Of a stretch of 64,000 nt of DNA, positions 18,181-29,008 are shown piece after piece. This DNA comes from Acidobacteriota bacterium (GTDB taxonomy: Bacteria; Acidobacteriota; UBA6911; RPQK01; CBDFMZ01). The stretch lies in assembly GCA_965249865.1 (NCBI GenBank), contig CBDFMZ010000002.1, positions 1,483,304-1,547,303 of the forward strand. Reading direction: 5' to 3'. The notes below the pieces were generated by a model, which was not told where the DNA came from, searched no databases, and was given only the letters and a program-made list of their open reading frames with translations. Position 1 is the stretch's first letter, and every line of letters starts with the position of its first letter. A program made the position numbers and the translations under genes.

Positions 18181-19430
18181 TCGTAAAGGGCTTCCGCATA
18201 CTCACTTTCTGTAGTAGTTAAAATTGTCTGTGCTGCGACCAATTCTACAAAATCCGCCAACTCCATCTGATACCTTGCCCTGGCAAGACGTAGTGCTTCC
18301 TCTGCTTGGTTCATAATCTGTTCGCTCGTCGTGACTGACTCTATGGTGATGATCAGGTCGTTGTACGCTCTACTGACTTGCAGACGAATTTTCTGGATCA
18401 GCTCATCTCGGGCTGCTTCCGTTTTCCCGAGATTCTGCTTGGCTTCCTCAATACCAGCTTTGAGACGATGCCCCGTAAACAGAGGCAACTTAATTCCAAA
18501 ACCCCCAAACAACAACTTGCCCAATGTCAAGTCCGCGAAGCGCGTCCAACCTCCACTTAACAAACCCATCAATCTCGGATACCGTTCACTTTCAGCCCTT
18601 TCCAACCAGCTCCCGGTCGCCTTCATTCGTGCTTCAACAGCGCGCAGCTCGGGACGATGCTCAAGGCTCTTCGCCAACAAGTTTTCAAAGGATGGAGGTT
18701 TAGCCAGCTCGATATCAGGTTCTTCAAGAGCGTAGCCGTCCTGCGGAGCCTCCACACCGAGAGCATGGTCCAAAACAGCAAAGGATTGTTGCAGCGAATT
18801 GGAGGCTTTTACGAGACCAAGCTCGGCTCGAGATAGTTCTACTTCAGCGACACGAACGCCCAATTTAGATCTCAGTTGAGCCCGATAAAAGGCTTCAGCT
18901 TGCCTCAGGGTTAACTTTCTGTTCTTCACAGTTCCCTGAGCAACCTCAATCAACTCCTGAGCCTGGAGCGTCCTGAAATAGGCTTTTTTTACCTCTAGGA
19001 CAAGTTCGGCCTGTTCAGCCAGAATACTCTCCTTAAAGTAGACCAGTTCAGAGCGCCGGGCTGCACTTTGATGGGTAGTACGACCAAAGTCCAACAGATC
19101 CTGATAAACATTGGTTGAGATAGCCATGTCGTCAGGAAGTGGCGAAGATGCTAAGCCGCGAAGCGCAAAAGCATTTCCTGAACCTGACAAACCCTGCTTG
19201 ACAATCCCTCCAACATCCACTTGTGGAAAGCGATTTGAGCGGGCTTGCTTAATACGAGCCTCTGCTGCTGCTATCTCTAATTGAGCTGTGCGCAACCGTG
19301 GATGATGAACAAGAGCTGTTTTAATGGCCTCGTCCAGACTCAAAAACCGTCCCTTTTCAGGAGCTTGATCTGCTGTGGTGGCCACACCACTAAACAATGC
19401 TGCGACCAAGACGGCTAACTTCAATTGCAT
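18129..19430 (-). CDS. Outer-membrane efflux protein (TolC-like OMF)
   Basis: Signal peptide plus the two-repeat OEP architecture (PRLRTAQLEIAAAEARIKQARSNRFPQVDVGG). The 433-aa product is last in the RND operon. Confidence 0.8.
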   Translation of the reverse strand: MQLKLAVLVAALFSGVATTADQAPEKGRFLSLDEAIKTALVHHPRLRTAQLEIAAAEARIKQARSNRFPQVDVGGIVKQGLSGSGNAFALRGLASSPLPDDMAISTNVYQDLLDFGRTTHQSAARRSELVYFKESILAEQAELVLEVKKAYFRTLQAQELIEVAQGTVKNRKLTLRQAEAFYRAQLRSKLGVRVAEVELSRAELGLVKASNSLQQSFAVLDHALGVEAPQDGYALEEPDIELAKPPSFENLLAKSLEHRPELRAVEARMKATGSWLERAESERYPRLMGLLSGGWTRFADLTLGKLLFGGFGIKLPLFTGHRLKAGIEEAKQNLGKTEAARDELIQKIRLQVSRAYNDLIITIESVTTSEQIMNQAEEALRLARARYQMELADFVELVAAQTILTTTESEYAEALYDYKIAESELEYAIGSGL

Positions 19431-19433
19431 GAT

Positions 19434-20717
19434 TTACTCCTTTCGCGCTTCAGATCGTATTACATTAACTTTCCTGCCCTCAGTGAGAAAACCTCTTGTC
19501 GCCACCACGACGTTTTCACTACCGTCAAGACCCTTTTTGACCTCGATCTTGATGCCATCAGTGAAGCCAGTTTTGACCTGAACCTTTCTTGCTATGCTGT
19601 CCACCACGCAGTAAACGAATTCCCTGTCCCCTTCAACCTGTAGTGCCTCAGCGGGAATGCTGATTGCCCTCGGGCGTTCCTCCAGTAGCAGTGTCACTCG
19701 ACCGAACATCCCGGGGCGGAGAAGACGCTGGGGATTAGAGATATCGATCTGGGTCTTCATAGTGCGGGTGGATGGGTTGAGCGCTGTGGCAAAGCGGGTC
19801 ACTTGCCCCTCAAACTTCTTGCCGGGCAGGGCATCGACTGTGATGACGGACGCATCGCCTACCTGAACAAATGGAACCTCTGACTCTGGGACATCGAGAA
19901 ACAGGCGAAGCCTATCCATGCTCGCCAGAGTGATGATTGGCTGCACATCTCGCGAGGTTGTGGCAGCCTGGATGAGGGCTCCTTCATCCACGAACCGTGC
20001 CGTCACTACCCCACTGAACGGGGCTTTGATCTCGGCGTAAGCCATTAAGGTCTGCACACGATGGAGAATTGCTTCAGACTGCTTAATCTTGCTAAGGACC
20101 TGTTTGATTCTACTTTTTACGACTTTAACTGTTGCTTCGGCAACTCGGAACTTTTCCTTGGCCTCATCAACTGTTTGTTGAGACATTACATCCGGCTCTG
20201 TCTCACGAATCGCTTGAAGTCGCTTATAAGTAATCTCCCCAAGTTCATAATTGGCTCTGGCACTTTCAAGCTCCGCTTGAGCGTTCTCCAGATCGGCCTT
20301 CACGCCATCTCGTTCTGCTTCGGCTTCCTTATATTGGCTCAACATCTCAGGCACCTCGAGCTTAGCGATCACCTTGCCTTTTTTCACTCGGTCGCCTATA
20401 TCTACTTTAATCCATTCGAGATAACCACTAACCTTGCTGTGTATGGTCGTTTCCTTAAACGCCTCGAACTCGGCCGGTATGGTAATTCGGCGTAGCAGAT
20501 CTTCTCGAAAAGGCTTTGCAATCTCGACACCCACCACGGACCGGGCATGCGAGTCCTCTTGATCCTGAACCTGGATGGAGACTACATCTCCCTGGGGTTG
20601 GCTGCTGCAACTCATCAACGAGGCGACCGATACAAAAATAACCGTCCACCCCAAAAATCCACTGACGAACAAGAGGGTGTTTTTTTTCTTTTCGGCTACC
20701 ATCTCATGTATTTCCAC
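19434..20717 (-). CDS. RND efflux periplasmic adaptor (membrane fusion protein, HlyD family)
   Basis: An N-terminal TM anchor is followed by a long coiled coil (KEAEAERDGVKADLENAQAELESARANYELGE) and beta-barrel/lipoyl-like domains. Confidence 0.8.
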   Translation of the reverse strand: MEIHEMVAEKKKNTLLFVSGFLGWTVIFVSVASLMSCSSQPQGDVVSIQVQDQEDSHARSVVGVEIAKPFREDLLRRITIPAEFEAFKETTIHSKVSGYLEWIKVDIGDRVKKGKVIAKLEVPEMLSQYKEAEAERDGVKADLENAQAELESARANYELGEITYKRLQAIRETEPDVMSQQTVDEAKEKFRVAEATVKVVKSRIKQVLSKIKQSEAILHRVQTLMAYAEIKAPFSGVVTARFVDEGALIQAATTSRDVQPIITLASMDRLRLFLDVPESEVPFVQVGDASVITVDALPGKKFEGQVTRFATALNPSTRTMKTQIDISNPQRLLRPGMFGRVTLLLEERPRAISIPAEALQVEGDREFVYCVVDSIARKVQVKTGFTDGIKIEVKKGLDGSENVVVATRGFLTEGRKVNVIRSEARKE

Positions 20718-20807
20718 TCCCTAAACCTTAACTTCAATTGACTGTCGCTGTGGCAGCTCCCCAAAATCCTCCACTGCCCTCCATTAATGAACAATAAAAC
20801 TAGACAC

Positions 20808-23800
20808 TCAGGGCTCTCTCTTGAGCGTAACATAGAGGCAGGGCACCACGAGTAAAGATAGAGAAGCGGCACTGATGACCCCTCCGATAATAGCCCGCGC
20901 CAAAGGAATGTTCGCCTCCGCCCCTTGTCCTCCGATGGCCATCGGTGCCAAGCCCAGGATCGTGGTAAGCGCTGTCATCAGAATCGGGCGCAGGCGCGCC
21001 CGTGCCCCGGCACATACCGCCTCCTGCAACGACCCGCCCTGTTCCAGCTGACGGTTAGCAAAGTCGACCAGAAGGATACTGTAGGAAACAACAAGACCCA
21101 CGACCATTATGATTCCCATCGCAGCCATGATGCTCAGGTGGGTATCTGTCACAAAGAGCATGACACCCACCCCGATCAGCCCTAGCGGCACAGTCAGCAG
21201 TACTACAAGGGGATCCAAGAACGAGCGGAACTGGAGCACCAGAACAAGGTAGACCAAGATGACAGCGAGCAGGAATCCTTCTAGAAATTGATCGAGTGCT
21301 TCTCGCATCGTGGCAACCTCTCCAGTCAGAACATAGCTGTAACCTGAGCCTACGAACTCGGGACCGCTGACCTCAAAATAGGGACCACGGTCGGAGGACT
21401 TGAGAGTTGGCCTAAGTTGGTGAGAACTATCAAGACGTTGTTCAATGTCGGATACTACCGAGCCAATGTCGTAACCTGGCAGGACCGAAGCATAGATATC
21501 GGTCACCCGAGTGATGTTTCTATGGCTAATAACTGCTGGACCTGTTTTTCGACTCATCTTGACCAGAGTGCGCAGTGAAACCGGGGGAGTGTTGTCACTT
21601 CCTTTGATGGGGATATCCTTCAGCGCCTCCATCGAAAACAGTTTATCCTCAGCATACTGCGCCCCGATGAAGTAGTGGTTCCCAGTCTGCTCATCGATCC
21701 AGAAGGCAGGGTCGAAGCCAATGCTAGAGTTGGTGGCCGTAACCAGATTCTTCATGATGTTTTCCACGTCGATCCCAGCCAAAGCCGCTTTTACCCGGTC
21801 AATCTCAATGTGGATGATCGGATAATCCATTCGTTGTGCGATCCGGACGTCAGTCGCACCTTTCAGCTGTTCGACCTCGCCTGCAATGATCACCGCAATA
21901 CGATGAGAGGTCTCGAGGTTGCTCCCAGAAACCTGGATATGGATGGGAGCGGGCTCACCCATGTTCAGGGCCGCGGTCAACATTCCGCCCGTATCGAAGG
22001 AAAACTCAACACTCGGAAAACGCTCATTGAGTTTACTACGAAGCCGATCGACGTACTCAAAGGTTCCCGGTAGGTCTCGCTTATTCTTGAGTTGGACTAA
22101 TACGAACGCATCCATGGGACCCGTGTTGGGAGTATAGGCGGCCGGCCAATCCATCAAGACCCCAATGTTCGTGATTAACATTCGAAGATTGGACTCCGGA
22201 TGTCGTTCTTCTTTCCAGGGATCCGGTTGGCCTATCTCGTTGATGAGAACTTGTTCGATCTCAGCCAAAGTAGCTTCCGTCCTCTCAATTCGAGTACCCG
22301 AAGAGAGACGAACTAAAATCTGAAACTGACCAGCATCGACCGAAGGGAACAACTCCTGTCCGGTACTCAGCAGAAGGAACACAGAGAGGACACAAAATAG
22401 AGCTGCGACAATCAGAACCCCCCAGCGCACGCCCAGCAGTCTTTGGACTAGCTGGGCGTAGAGTGCGGCCATTTCTGGAGTCGTGCTCTTTGCCTGTTTT
22501 GAACCCCAATTACTCCCTTTAAGAAGTCGGGCACATAAGGCTGGCACCAGAGTCATAGCAAACAGGTACGATGCGCCCATAGCCAAAGTAGCAGCGATAG
22601 CGACAGGACTGAACAGATAGCTAGTAATTCCGGAAAGGAAGATCACGGGGAAAAACACTACACAGAAAGTGACGGTTGAGATCAGTACGGGACCAGCCAC
22701 CTCTGTGGCTCCGTTCAGCGCCGCCTCAAATGCGTCCTCTCCTTCCTCGATGTGCCGCACTATTGCTTCGACCACAACGATGGACTGGTCGACCAAGATA
22801 CCCATTACCAAGGCTAATCCACCGATTGTCATGGCGTTCAGAGTGGCTCCGGAGAAGAAAAGGCCAACCACGGCTGAGAGGATAGCCAGAGGAAGGCTGA
22901 CTAGAACCACCACCGTGGAACGCCACCTGCGTAGGAACAACAGCACCACCAGAGCAGCGAAGCCTGCTCCGAGAAGCCCCTGGAGCTGAAGCGCCTTAAG
23001 GGAACTACGAACATAGACAGACTGGTCCAGTACAACTTCGAGGGCCAGATCACGGGCACGGGGGTCCATCTCCCGAAGACGTTGCAGAATTCGTTCGAGA
23101 TTCCGTTCGATAGCATCCACAATCTGGATAGTATTTGCCCCCGGCTGGCGATAAATGGGGATATAGACCTCCCGACGGCCGTTAATCCGTACAACATTAG
23201 TCTGAATCTGGCTTGAGTCCTTGACTTGGGCTACATCCCGCATCATCACCAGAACACCCTGCCGGACAGCGATGGGCATGTCATTCAGATCTTCCACCTC
23301 TGGCGGCATGGAATTGGCAAAGATCTGATAGTCGATGTTACCCATCTTAATATTCCCAGCCGGGATAAAAACATTCTGCTTCTTGAGGGCCTGGACCACA
23401 TCCATGGGCGAAAGTCCTCGGGCTTCCAACTTCTCCCGGTCAACATAGGCCAGAATCCTCCGCAGCTTGCCACCGTAAACCGCTGGCGCGATGACACCCT
23501 GAATCGATTGCAATCGATTGCGGAGTTCATAGTAAGCGATGTCGTAGAGTTCCTTTTCATTCATGCTCGGGCTCGAAACACTGACCAAGCAAAGAGGCAC
23601 AGATGCCGTTGGATCAAAAGGCATGACCATTGGAGGGATGGTTCCCGGCGGCAAGTAGAACATATCACTGACGGCGTAAGAGGTAACTTGACTCATGGCC
23701 GTCTCCAAGCTGATCCCCTCGCGGAAGAAGTCCTTGACCACCGAGACACCTAGCATCGCTTTGGCCTCCTGGTGCTCGATGCCCACCGACTGCCCAGTCC

Positions 23801-24002
23801 ACCGCTCTAAACGGCTCATAATGTCGCGTTCCATTACCTCCGGCGGCATGCCCGGGTAAAATGTCACAATCTGTACCGCCGGCGTTTTGAAAATTGGCAG
23901 CAGGTCTGCAGCGATCTTACGAAACGAATAGAACCCCAACACCACAGTCACCAAAGCCACAACGACAATGATGTACGGGTTCCTCAGCGCTAGTTTAATC
24001 AT
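20808..24002 (-). CDS. RND efflux permease (AcrB/HAE family)
   Basis: The 1064-aa product starts MIKLALRNPYIIVVVALVTVVLGFYSFRKIAADLLP... and has the 12-TM two-large-loop architecture typical of AcrB/CzcA-type pumps. Confidence 0.9.
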   Translation of the reverse strand: MIKLALRNPYIIVVVALVTVVLGFYSFRKIAADLLPIFKTPAVQIVTFYPGMPPEVMERDIMSRLERWTGQSVGIEHQEAKAMLGVSVVKDFFREGISLETAMSQVTSYAVSDMFYLPPGTIPPMVMPFDPTASVPLCLVSVSSPSMNEKELYDIAYYELRNRLQSIQGVIAPAVYGGKLRRILAYVDREKLEARGLSPMDVVQALKKQNVFIPAGNIKMGNIDYQIFANSMPPEVEDLNDMPIAVRQGVLVMMRDVAQVKDSSQIQTNVVRINGRREVYIPIYRQPGANTIQIVDAIERNLERILQRLREMDPRARDLALEVVLDQSVYVRSSLKALQLQGLLGAGFAALVVLLFLRRWRSTVVVLVSLPLAILSAVVGLFFSGATLNAMTIGGLALVMGILVDQSIVVVEAIVRHIEEGEDAFEAALNGATEVAGPVLISTVTFCVVFFPVIFLSGITSYLFSPVAIAATLAMGASYLFAMTLVPALCARLLKGSNWGSKQAKSTTPEMAALYAQLVQRLLGVRWGVLIVAALFCVLSVFLLLSTGQELFPSVDAGQFQILVRLSSGTRIERTEATLAEIEQVLINEIGQPDPWKEERHPESNLRMLITNIGVLMDWPAAYTPNTGPMDAFVLVQLKNKRDLPGTFEYVDRLRSKLNERFPSVEFSFDTGGMLTAALNMGEPAPIHIQVSGSNLETSHRIAVIIAGEVEQLKGATDVRIAQRMDYPIIHIEIDRVKAALAGIDVENIMKNLVTATNSSIGFDPAFWIDEQTGNHYFIGAQYAEDKLFSMEALKDIPIKGSDNTPPVSLRTLVKMSRKTGPAVISHRNITRVTDIYASVLPGYDIGSVVSDIEQRLDSSHQLRPTLKSSDRGPYFEVSGPEFVGSGYSYVLTGEVATMREALDQFLEGFLLAVILVYLVLVLQFRSFLDPLVVLLTVPLGLIGVGVMLFVTDTHLSIMAAMGIIMVVGLVVSYSILLVDFANRQLEQGGSLQEAVCAGARARLRPILMTALTTILGLAPMAIGGQGAEANIPLARAIIGGVISAASLSLLVVPCLYVTLKREP

Positions 24003-24242
24003 GAAATTACTTCACTCAGTGTTTCGTTCCATATGTACGATGGTGTTTGCGGATGGGGATTTTGAGGCTAGATCAAGTAACGAGGAGGAGACGATGCGAG
24101 GCATCGTCGACGAATCGACCACAAAGCCCTTCTTCCTAAAGGCTAGCGGCGGTGCGGCGTCGTGCTCGCCACAAACGTTACTGTATTTATGATACGAAAC
24201 ACTAAGTGGGCTGCCTCTCACGGTTCTCCGGTGGGGAGAAAA

Positions 24243-25070
24243 TCAGTCCTCGATTAACAATTCGCCTGCTCTGCGGGCTGCCTTCAAGACCGCCTTGATC
24301 AAAGTAACTCGCAGCTTGCCTTCTTCTAGTTCTAAAATCCCATCAATGGTACATCCAGCTGGTGTGGTAACCGTATCCTTGAGCAAGGCAGGATGGCGGC
24401 CGGTGTCGAGAACCACACGGGAGGCTCCCAGCATAGTTTGCGCTGCTAGAAGTGTTGACACGTCGCGCGGTAGTCCCACCTTGACTCCAGCCTCAGCCAA
24501 CGATTCTAGAATGATATAGATAAAGGCAGGACCACTGGCCGAAAGCCCGGTAACGGCGTTCATGTGTTTCTCATCCACTACCACCGTCTTACCCACGGTT
24601 TCAAACAACCTGCGCGCCGTCTCGAGGTGAGGTCCACCCGCTGATTTACCTCGACAGATCCCGGTCATCCCATCACCAACCTCACAGGGAGTGTTCGGCA
24701 TGGCCCGCACCACCGGAATCCCGGATCCTAAGGATTCTTCGATATAGTGTGTGGGAACGGAAGCCGCAATGGAAATCACCAACCTGTCGGGTTTGAGTTG
24801 AGAAGTAATCTCCCGACAGACCTCTCGTACAGTCGGTGGCTTTACACAGATCAAGATGACTTCGGCCCGCCGAACCGCTTCCGCATTGTCGGTGATCACG
24901 GGAATCTGGAATTGACTGCTCAATACCTCCGTTTTCTCCGAGTGCCTGACTGTGGCCACGACCTGTCCAGGAGTCAGCAGACCCTGCTTCAGGAGAGCCT
25001 CCAACAGGATACCTCCCATTTTACCCAATCCCAACAAGGCAATACGCTTGTCAAAAGTAAGTTTTGTCAT
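24243..25070 (-). CDS. proC: Pyrroline-5-carboxylate reductase
   Basis: IALLGLGKMGG (Rossmann fold) ...ICVKP...MPNTP... match the ProC family. The start was moved to the internal ATG at 25070 (MTKLTFDKRIALLG). Confidence 0.85.
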   Translation of the reverse strand: MTKLTFDKRIALLGLGKMGGILLEALLKQGLLTPGQVVATVRHSEKTEVLSSQFQIPVITDNAEAVRRAEVILICVKPPTVREVCREITSQLKPDRLVISIAASVPTHYIEESLGSGIPVVRAMPNTPCEVGDGMTGICRGKSAGGPHLETARRLFETVGKTVVVDEKHMNAVTGLSASGPAFIYIILESLAEAGVKVGLPRDVSTLLAAQTMLGASRVVLDTGRHPALLKDTVTTPAGCTIDGILELEEGKLRVTLIKAVLKAARRAGELLIED

Positions 25071-25374
25071 ACCCGACCTATAGTGAAGTATGGAAAGCCA
25101 AGCAGTCAATAGGGATTAGGCTGCATACTCACTTCTGCTGCCGATAGCACTCGGCATAAGTACGTCTGAGTGGAGCCAGGCAGTAATTTTCGATCAGACC
25201 TAGCAGTAAGTCTTTCCGACCCATCAGGGAGTCTTCGTGTCTTGGATTGAACGGGAAGGAGAGACGAACAATATCCGCTTTTTCTTCGCGCACATCAAGA
25301 GACACGAAGCGCCCCAGGCGGGGCTCAAAGGGAAGCAGATCTGTGTAGGTGAAGCGATCAAAATCGGGGTCAGT

Positions 25375-25719
25375 CTAGGGTTTCTCGTGGCGACTTCGCC
25401 AGTAGTGGTTTTTTAGTTTTTCCAAAAAGGAGTCGTAGTCAAACCCGGCAGACTTATTATTGACACTGGACTCAATATAGATTCGTTCATCCTTTGAAAC
25501 CGCACCGACACCATAAGTCACATCCAATTCTTTCTCGCGAGCGAACTTGATACGGTGATTCCCGAAACCATGAAATCGCTTCAGCTCAGCCTCTACGCCG
25601 AGCGCTAGACCGTCTTCTTCAGTCACATACTTTCCCTTCAAACGTTCATACCAGTCGTCGATAATCTCGGCTAGAACACGATCGAGTTGTTTTAGTTTTT
25701 CTTCCTGGCGACCGGTCAA
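25375..25719 (-). CDS. Hypothetical protein (114 aa), no recognised family
   Basis: A clean ORF divergent from the VWA gene. It is charged and Lys/Glu-rich, and no motif was recognised. Confidence 0.35.
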   Translation of the reverse strand: MTGRQEEKLKQLDRVLAEIIDDWYERLKGKYVTEEDGLALGVEAELKRFHGFGNHRIKFAREKELDVTYGVGAVSKDERIYIESSVNNKSAGFDYDSFLEKLKNHYWRSRHEKP

Positions 25720-25775
25720 GACACTCCATTGTCCGGAATTGTTACCGAAAAGTAAATAAGGTACATTACAAGAAG

Positions 25776-26669
25776 ATGCGGAAAGCTCACAGCATGTTGG
25801 TCTGTATACTCGTCACGCTGATTGTTTGCGCATTTCAACGGGAACCGCAAATACGTGTCGAGGTTGAGGCGGTTAACGTTCTCGTTACGGTCACAGACAA
25901 AAAGGGTCGATTTGTGATTGATCTACCTGAAAATCGTTTCCAGGTCTACGAAGAGGGGATTCAGCAGAGTATCACCAATTTCAGCTACCAGACCAATCTT
26001 CCACTCCTGATTGCTTTACTGATCGATACCAGTTCAAGTGTACGGATGAAGCTGGATTTCGAAAAGACAGCAGCAACTTACTTCGTTTATTCTGTAATGA
26101 GACCTCGAGATCAGGCGCTCCTAGTGGAGTTTGATCATGGTGTTTCACTACTTTACGACTTCACCGACCGACCGGGCGCCATCGCAAAGGAGATCCAGAC
26201 CCTCCGGGCTGGTGGAGGCACCGCCCTTTTGGACGCTATCTATGTGGTGTGCCGAGAAAAACTCACTGACCGTTCCGGTAGAAAAACCATGGTGGTTGTC
26301 TCCGATGGAGTCGATCTCAACAGCGAGCACTCGCGGAAAGAAGTTCTGGAAATAGCGCATCGTTCTGGAGTCACCATCTACGCCATAGGAACGACGCGTT
26401 TTGGAGCCGATCAAGAACATGAGGGTGAAGAAATGCTGGAAAAGCTAGCCGTGGAAAGCGGTGGGCAAGTTTTTTTCCCCTACTCGGCTGAACGACTGGC
26501 CGAGGCCTTCGATCAAATCAGTGAAGAACTTCGCAGTCAGTACAGCCTCACCTATATCCCCACCGATGCGGCCAAAGATGGCCGGTTTCGAAAGATTAAG
26601 GTCAAAATCATCAAGGACCGAGAACTCGACATTCGCCACCGCGCAGGTTACTACGCTCCGACAGGATAG
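25776..26669 (+). CDS. Secreted von Willebrand factor A (VWA) domain protein
   Basis: Signal peptide plus the MIDAS motif LIDTSSSV (DxSxS), then downstream T...D metal-coordination positions. The 297-aa length is typical of Acidobacteria/PVC VWA proteins. Confidence 0.75.
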   Translation: MRKAHSMLVCILVTLIVCAFQREPQIRVEVEAVNVLVTVTDKKGRFVIDLPENRFQVYEEGIQQSITNFSYQTNLPLLIALLIDTSSSVRMKLDFEKTAATYFVYSVMRPRDQALLVEFDHGVSLLYDFTDRPGAIAKEIQTLRAGGGTALLDAIYVVCREKLTDRSGRKTMVVVSDGVDLNSEHSRKEVLEIAHRSGVTIYAIGTTRFGADQEHEGEEMLEKLAVESGGQVFFPYSAERLAEAFDQISEELRSQYSLTYIPTDAAKDGRFRKIKVKIIKDRELDIRHRAGYYAPTG

Positions 26670-26915
26670 TGAGTGTGTTGATGAACCCATCGTCAAGTCG
26701 AGCAGCCCGTGGTAAAAGTCGTGTGGAGTAGCACGCCAGGGATCCGCGGTCTCTAGCTAGCTTGACCGAAATTCGTCGGAGACAATTCCAATGGACAGAT
26801 CAGATTCTATTCCTTTCGGATCGTGTTTCTCGTGGCCAAAGCCAGCTCCTGGAGGCTTCCAAACAGTCCTACTGAGCAGCGGACGGGCGGCGTGCAATTA
26901 CCCCAGTTTCTCCGG

Positions 26916-27587
26916 TCAGGGATGCTCTAAAATGGTCAGTATTTCTGAAAGGTTACGGAGGATCCACCGGGGAGATACTAGAGGTGATACCCGTTGATCC
27001 ACCTCAACCAACCAAGCAACTTGGAAACCGGCTATACCTCCCCCATAGACATCAGCCACAGGATCATCCCCAACATATAAACAACGCTGAAGATCAAAAC
27101 CACTTTTTTCTCTTACGACTTGGAAGAATCTTTCGCTGGGCTTACACCAACCCACCTCCTCGGAAATAAAGATCTGTGTGAAGCACTCCTCCAACCCAAA
27201 CTTTTGCAGAGCTTGGCGAGCCGTTGCCGCATGATCGAAGTTCGACACCAAGATCAGAGGATGTCCCCGAAGTTTTCCCAGTACCTTTTTTTTTCCCGGC
27301 GGACAATACATGATCCGGGACATCTCGTTCATATGCACTTCAACCATCAAAGTGGCTGCATCATTATCTCCTAGACCCACTAGTTCTTGCAGAATCTCAA
27401 AGCGTCTGAAGGATGAGAATTCACGCTGCTCTTGCTGCCGCATCTTTCCAACAATCTGTCGACTTTTCAAGAATTCTTCAAGAAATCGTTCATAGGAAAA
27501 TACCAGCCTAAACTCTTGCTTCAACCGACGGTAAACTTCGACGCTGGTGGTGCGAAAGTGTTGGTCTTCGAACTCAACTTTCGGCAA
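26916..27587 (-). CDS. HAD-superfamily hydrolase (subfamily IA-like); N-terminal motif I not in the called frame
   Basis: The C-terminal part LYVGDDPVADVYGGGIAGFQVAWL matches HAD motif IV. The track ORF starts with TTG and lacks DxDGT. An upstream out-of-frame piece, MKFEAIFFD, sits behind an A8 homopolymer, which suggests a frameshift. Confidence 0.55.
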   Translation of the reverse strand: MPKVEFEDQHFRTTSVEVYRRLKQEFRLVFSYERFLEEFLKSRQIVGKMRQQEQREFSSFRRFEILQELVGLGDNDAATLMVEVHMNEMSRIMYCPPGKKKVLGKLRGHPLILVSNFDHAATARQALQKFGLEECFTQIFISEEVGWCKPSERFFQVVREKSGFDLQRCLYVGDDPVADVYGGGIAGFQVAWLVEVDQRVSPLVSPRWILRNLSEILTILEHP

Positions 27588-28022
27588 CAGGGAATAATCA
27601 AAGTGAAGGAGTGTGTTAAAAAGATCTGATCAAAAAAAATGGCTTCAAATTTCATTCTATTTTTCCGGTTTTTGATCGGTTAAAATAGCATTTTTCACAA
27701 CGATTTACTACCGAGGCGCAAGAGTTACAGCAAAGGAAAATTGCGTGGAGTCACTCTCCAGGGGTCTGGAGTCGATACTTAGACATCGGCGATTTCGGGG
27801 AGAGACAACATCCAGTGGTACAATCCTGCCCTTCTGGTTGAAGCTGCTCAGGACAAGTTCGGACCTGCGACCAAGCTGATGAACTTTGACAACCGCTTTT
27901 GAAACGACTACATTCGTGAAAGAAAAAAATGTAATGTTGCCTCAAGAGTTTGTACTACAAGTGAAGTCGACCTAACGACCAAAAAGTTTTAACAAAACTG
28001 CAAAGGATGGGAGAGACATCAC

Positions 28023-28328
28023 ATGACTGAGTTTGTTTCTGTTGCGAAAACTGGCGACATCTCTGCTGGCCAAGGGCGAGTTGTAGAGGTGAATGGGAAA
28101 CCCATTGCACTTTTCAACGTAGATGGAACCTATTTCGCCATCGATAATATCTGCCTGCATCAAGGTGGCCCTCTTGGGGAGGGGGCATTAGATGGCAAGG
28201 TCGTTACCTGCCCTTGGCATGCCTGGACTTACGATGTCAGCACAGGAGAGTGCACCTTTAATTCCTCAATCCGCGTGGACCGATTCGAGGTCAAAGTCGA
28301 AAATGGGGAAGTCAAAGTAACAATATAA
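28023..28328 (+). CDS. Rieske [2Fe-2S] ferredoxin (NirD / dioxygenase ferredoxin-like small protein)
   Basis: CLHQGGPL (CxH) and CPWHAW (CxxH) are the two Rieske ligand boxes, in a 101-aa protein. Confidence 0.85.
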   Translation: MTEFVSVAKTGDISAGQGRVVEVNGKPIALFNVDGTYFAIDNICLHQGGPLGEGALDGKVVTCPWHAWTYDVSTGECTFNSSIRVDRFEVKVENGEVKVTI

Positions 28329-28336
28329 CCCTGCGA

Positions 28337-28903
28337 TCAGGCGCCCACCGCTTTCTCTGTCTTGGTCTGGAATTGTGGCTCTAATTCCACTTCCAGTGAA
28401 AGCACGAAGCGATTGATCATGTTGAAAAAACCAATCAGGATAATCATCTCAACCACCTGATCGGAAGTGAAATGGTTGTCAAGCTGGGTCCAATACTCCA
28501 ATTGTGGAATCTCATCGGGCTCAAAGGTGATGAGTTTAGTGAGTTTGAGAACTTCCTTTTCGTAGTAAGTGAAAAGATCACTCTGGGCGTAATCGTCCAT
28601 AGCTTGAATCTGTTCCTGTGTCCAGCCGGCCTTTTTGGCTAGTTCCGTGTGGTGAGAGACTGTGTATTTACATTTTTCTAGCTTGCAGGTCTTTAAGATG
28701 ACCAACTGACGAATCTTTTCACTCAGATTGGTATCGCCCAGGAGCCTGCCATAAAGATCCGCCACAGTCTGCAAGAAATTGTCGCTGTGAGCCAGGGTCT
28801 TGATGAAATTGGGAATAAACCCAGTTCGATCCTCCACTTCGGCGTAGACCGCCTTTATCTTTTCGTTGGCTGCATCCAACTGCACAGGTAAGTATCTTGG
28901 CAT
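28337..28903 (-). CDS. Carboxymuconolactone-decarboxylase / AhpD-like family protein
   Basis: The ~188-aa product contains CKLEKCKYTVSHH, a CxxxxC...H AhpD-core-like motif. The start was placed at the internal Met (MPRYLPVQ). Confidence 0.5.
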   Translation of the reverse strand: MPRYLPVQLDAANEKIKAVYAEVEDRTGFIPNFIKTLAHSDNFLQTVADLYGRLLGDTNLSEKIRQLVILKTCKLEKCKYTVSHHTELAKKAGWTQEQIQAMDDYAQSDLFTYYEKEVLKLTKLITFEPDEIPQLEYWTQLDNHFTSDQVVEMIILIGFFNMINRFVLSLEVELEPQFQTKTEKAVGA

Positions 28904-29008
28904 CACTCCCTCCGAGATTTCGAGTCTTAACCCCGTCAACTTCTAAATACAGTGTAAAGCTATCAACCGATTGCCATGTGTTTCATTCGATGTATTTCCT
29001 GGATGTGA

